Origin: Bacteroidales bacterium
Lineage (GTDB): Bacteria; Bacteroidota; Bacteroidia; Bacteroidales; Prolixibacteraceae
Length of the DNA: 64,000 nt
Assembly: GCA_012729335.1 (NCBI GenBank)
Contig: JAAYDJ010000038.1
Span: 11,887 to 75,886, forward strand
Reading direction: 5' to 3'
Numbering within the stretch: position 1 is the stretch's first letter; each line of letters begins with the position of its first letter. The notes under the pieces were generated by a model. The model had not been told where the DNA came from and searched no databases. It saw nothing but the letters and a program-made list of their open reading frames with translations. Below, piece by piece: positions 61,111 through 64,000 of this stretch. The position numbers and the translations under genes are program-made.

Positions 61111-61611
61111 ATGAAATTGTTGGAAACAATCAGCCGGCGGCAACTGGCCAGAAAAGTTGCCGCGATTGACCGCCAGGTCAGGATCATCCCCCTTGACCAG
61201 GTGAAAAAGGTGGGTATTCTCTGGCATGAAAACGACCAGAGAGCCTTTACTTACCTCCAGGAGCAGTTCAGGAGCCGCTCTACCATTGTCAGAAACCTCT
61301 GTTACGCTGACAGCGGAAACAACCCCGATTCCAACCTGATCACCAAAAAAGATTTCAACTGGCTCGGGTTTCCTGTGAGCGGAACCATCAGCACCTTCAT
61401 TTCCACGGAATTCGAAATGCTGGTCAACCTCACCGTTCAGCCCTGTTATCCCCTGGAGGTGATCACGGCCCTCTCGGTGGCTTCCTTCCGGATTGGCTGG
61501 GACCATGAAAAAACGGGATACTATGACATGGATATTAACGTGGCCGGGCAACCCGATTCCCTCTATCTGGCTGAACAAACCATCATATATTTACAGAAAT
61601 TTGCCAAATGA
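61111..61611 (+). CDS. Hypothetical protein, translationally coupled to dapA
   Basis: 166 aa. No motif recognised. The stop overlaps the dapA start (ATGA). Confidence 0.55.
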   Translation: MKLLETISRRQLARKVAAIDRQVRIIPLDQVKKVGILWHENDQRAFTYLQEQFRSRSTIVRNLCYADSGNNPDSNLITKKDFNWLGFPVSGTISTFISTEFEMLVNLTVQPCYPLEVITALSVASFRIGWDHEKTGYYDMDINVAGQPDSLYLAEQTIIYLQKFAK

Positions 61612-62495
61612 AGACGAATTTTGATTTTACCGGCGCCGGAGTGGCGTTGGTCACTCCTTTTAAAGAAGATTTCACCATTGATGAGAAGGCCCTGGGGGCC
61701 ATCGTCGAGCGACAGATTGCCGGGGGCATGGATTTCCTGGTGGCGCTGGGAACCACTGCAGAGACCTCAACCCTGACCGAAGAGGAGAAACGGGAGGTGG
61801 TCAGTCTGGTGCTGGCGCAGGCCGGGGGCCGGGTACCGGTGGTGGTAGGCATGGGTGGCAACGACACGGCGGCCATGATCCGGAAAATGGAGCATTTTGA
61901 CCCCACCGGGGTGAGTGCATTTCTGGTGGTCACGCCCTTTTACAACAAACCCAATCAGGAGGGGCTTTTCCGCCACTACCGGGAGCTGGCGCGTCATTCG
62001 CCCCTGCCGCTCATCCTGTACAATGTTCCCACGCGCACGGGGGTGAACCTGGAAGCCGAAACGGTGGTCAGACTGGCCGAAGCCAGTGAAAACATCGTGG
62101 CCATCAAGGAGGCCAGCGGCATTCTCTCTCAAATCACGCGCATCATCAGATACACACCGCCCCGTTTCAAGCTTATTTCGGGTGACGACGTGCTGGCCCT
62201 GCCCATTCTTTCCATCGGCGGGGAGGGTATAATCTCAGTGATCGCCAACGCCCTGCCCCATAAGGTGAGCGCGCTGATCCACCACGCCCTGGCCGGCAGA
62301 TACCTGGAAGCCCGTCAACTCCACTTCGAACTCATCGAGCTCTTCAGGCTGCAATTCGACGACGGCAACCCCGCCGGCGTCAAAACCATGCTTCACCATT
62401 TCGGGATGAGTGCCAATGTCCTGAGATTGCCGCTGGTCCCGGCCAACCCCGTCGTGGCGGCCAAAATAGTGGCTGAACTTCAAAAACTGAACTGA
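61608..62495 (+). CDS. dapA: 4-hydroxy-tetrahydrodipicolinate synthase
   Basis: ALGTTAETSTLTEEEK, YNVPTRTG and IVAIKEASG (Schiff-base Lys region). 295 aa. Confidence 0.93.
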   Translation: MKTNFDFTGAGVALVTPFKEDFTIDEKALGAIVERQIAGGMDFLVALGTTAETSTLTEEEKREVVSLVLAQAGGRVPVVVGMGGNDTAAMIRKMEHFDPTGVSAFLVVTPFYNKPNQEGLFRHYRELARHSPLPLILYNVPTRTGVNLEAETVVRLAEASENIVAIKEASGILSQITRIIRYTPPRFKLISGDDVLALPILSIGGEGIISVIANALPHKVSALIHHALAGRYLEARQLHFELIELFRLQFDDGNPAGVKTMLHHFGMSANVLRLPLVPANPVVAAKIVAELQKLN

Positions 62496-63637
62496 TGGAC
62501 GACCGCTTCCGGGAGGCACCCTCCCCCTGTTTTGTCATAGAAGAGGAAAAACTGCGGAATAACCTGGCTCTGATCAGCCGGGTGATGAAGGAAGCCGGGG
62601 TGGAGATCATTCCCGCCTTCAAGGGGTTTTCCATGTGGAGTGTTTTTCCGGTTCTGCGGGAATTCGTCACCGGAGCTTCGGCCAGTTCCCTGAATGAAGC
62701 CCGGCTCTGCTATGAGGAGATGAAGGTGCACGCCCACACCTATGCGCCGGCCTATACACCCGCCGATTTCCCGGAAATCCTCCGTTACAGCAGCCACATT
62801 GTCTTCAACTCGATGGCCCAGTTGGAACGCCATATCGGAGAAGTCAGGGCGTATCCCCGGAAAATCTCTGTGGGCTTGCGCGTGAATCCCGAGTTTTCGG
62901 AAGTGCAACCCCTCATTTACAATGCCTGTTCTCCGGGGTCCCGCCTGGGAATCCTCGCCGCGGACCTGCCCGACCAGCTGCCCCCGGAAGTCGAAGGCCT
63001 TCACTTCCACACCCTGTGCGAGTCGGGTGCCACCGACCTCGAAAAAACCCTGGAAGCCTTTGAAAACCGCTTCGGGCGCTATATCCCGCAGGTGAAGTGG
63101 ATCAACATGGGTGGAGGTCACCTGATGACGCGCCAGGGCTACGAGGTGGAGAAACTGATCGGCCTGCTCAGAAAATTCAGGGAGCGGTACGGGAAACACG
63201 TCATCCTGGAACCCGGCTCTGCTTTTGCATGGCAAACGGGTGTTCTGGTGTCGACGCTCCTTGACATTGTGGAAAACCAGGGTATCCGCACCGCCATGCT
63301 CGACGTCTCCTTTGCAGCACACATGCCCGACTGCCTCGAAATGCCCTACCAGCCCGCCATCACCGGTGCCAGCCAAATCCCCCTGCCAGGGAAACCCGCC
63401 TACCGCATGGGAGGTAACTCCTGCCTCAGCGGTGATTTCTACGGAACCTGGTCATTCGACAGGGAACTGAAAGTAGGTGACCGGATTATTTTCGAAGATA
63501 TGATCCACTATACCATGGTCAAAACCAACTTTTTCAACGGGGTGAACCACCCCTCCATCGCGATCCTTCACCGTGACGGCCGCATGGAACTGGTCCGCCG
63601 CTTCGGCTATGCCGACTACAAGGGAAAACTCTCATGA
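62495..63637 (+). CDS. nspC: Carboxynorspermidine decarboxylase
   Basis: N-terminal PCFVIEEEKLRNNL, then FHTLCE and INMGGGH. At 380 aa, the overall pattern matches NspC-type PLP decarboxylases (recollection). The start overlaps the dapA stop. Confidence 0.8.
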   Translation: MDDRFREAPSPCFVIEEEKLRNNLALISRVMKEAGVEIIPAFKGFSMWSVFPVLREFVTGASASSLNEARLCYEEMKVHAHTYAPAYTPADFPEILRYSSHIVFNSMAQLERHIGEVRAYPRKISVGLRVNPEFSEVQPLIYNACSPGSRLGILAADLPDQLPPEVEGLHFHTLCESGATDLEKTLEAFENRFGRYIPQVKWINMGGGHLMTRQGYEVEKLIGLLRKFRERYGKHVILEPGSAFAWQTGVLVSTLLDIVENQGIRTAMLDVSFAAHMPDCLEMPYQPAITGASQIPLPGKPAYRMGGNSCLSGDFYGTWSFDRELKVGDRIIFEDMIHYTMVKTNFFNGVNHPSIAILHRDGRMELVRRFGYADYKGKLS

Positions 63638-63668
63638 CGCGAAGCCGTTGGGGTGAATGTAAGCAGCT

Positions 63669-64000
63669 TCAGAAGATTTTAATGCCCGCGGAGATCAGAA
63701 AAACCTTGTTGCGGGCCGAGAAATCACTGGTGTAGTATACACTGTTACGGCTGTTCTCGATACGGGCGTCGAGGGTCACAAACCAGAGGTCCACCCCCAC
63801 CCCATATTGCCATCCATAAAAATGATCGCGGAAATAGCCGGCATCGGGCCGTGGGCTGCCTTCCACCTCACCCGAGGTGATGAACCCAAAAACAGGGCCT
63901 CCCATGGCACGGAGGTTAAAAAAATCACCTTTCACCAGTTTTATACCCGCCAGAAGGGGCACATCCACGCTGGTGAAGTCGAAATTCTGAACGGTGGAAA
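63669..64000 (-). CDS. Outer membrane beta-barrel (porin-family) protein, 5' partial at window edge
   Basis: The frame is open to position 64000. It shows an alternating beta-strand pattern and the C-terminal LISAGIKIF ends in Phe. Confidence 0.55.
   Translation of the reverse strand, partial: STVQNFDFTSVDVPLLAGIKLVKGDFFNLRAMGGPVFGFITSGEVEGSPRPDAGYFRDHFYGWQYGVGVDLWFVTLDARIENSRNSVYYTSDFSARNKVFLISAGIKIF

Overview
GC-rich chromosomal segment that looks like Bacteroidota. Three proteins end in type IX secretion (T9SS) C-terminal sorting domains, and many genes are preceded by the Bacteroidota -7 promoter element TAnnTTTG. About 50 tightly packed protein genes are present, mostly housekeeping: ung, mnmE, a sirtuin, fabG, clpC, gyrA, mgsA, fldA, a fused E1 plus E2 2-oxoacid dehydrogenase pair, pyrK-pyrD, lgt, secA, zupT, nth, pepP, aroC, slyD, ligA, dapA, nspC. 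Envelope proteins make up most of the rest: a TolC/HlyD efflux pair, peptidases, beta-barrel proteins and lipoproteins. I recognised no rRNA, tRNA, CRISPR array, transposase, integrase or known defence system. The most interesting locus is on the minus strand at 51075-58084. A clear cobalamin riboswitch there precedes a four-gene outer-membrane operon: an 816-aa T9SS cargo protein, a BtuB-like TonB-dependent receptor, a beta-propeller lipoprotein and a DUF4465-like T9SS cargo protein. This suggests corrinoid capture by T9SS-anchored surface proteins rather than the lipoprotein accessories known from gut Bacteroides. The second theme is a recurring mutational signature. Short tandem duplications (30-47 bp units) sit across gene 3' ends and stop codons at three loci, in frame inside the TonB-dependent receptor, and at the 5' window edge. 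Other points of note are a ~270 bp extremely AT-rich island, a 959-aa HExxH/propeller/barrel-like protein, a cysteine-only metal-binding tail on SlyD, and a possible gene remnant overlapping the mnmE 3' end. All calls come from reading the supplied ORF translations and the nucleotides, using remembered family motifs. No searches or computations were run, so family names marked as recollection need HMM or covariance-model confirmation.
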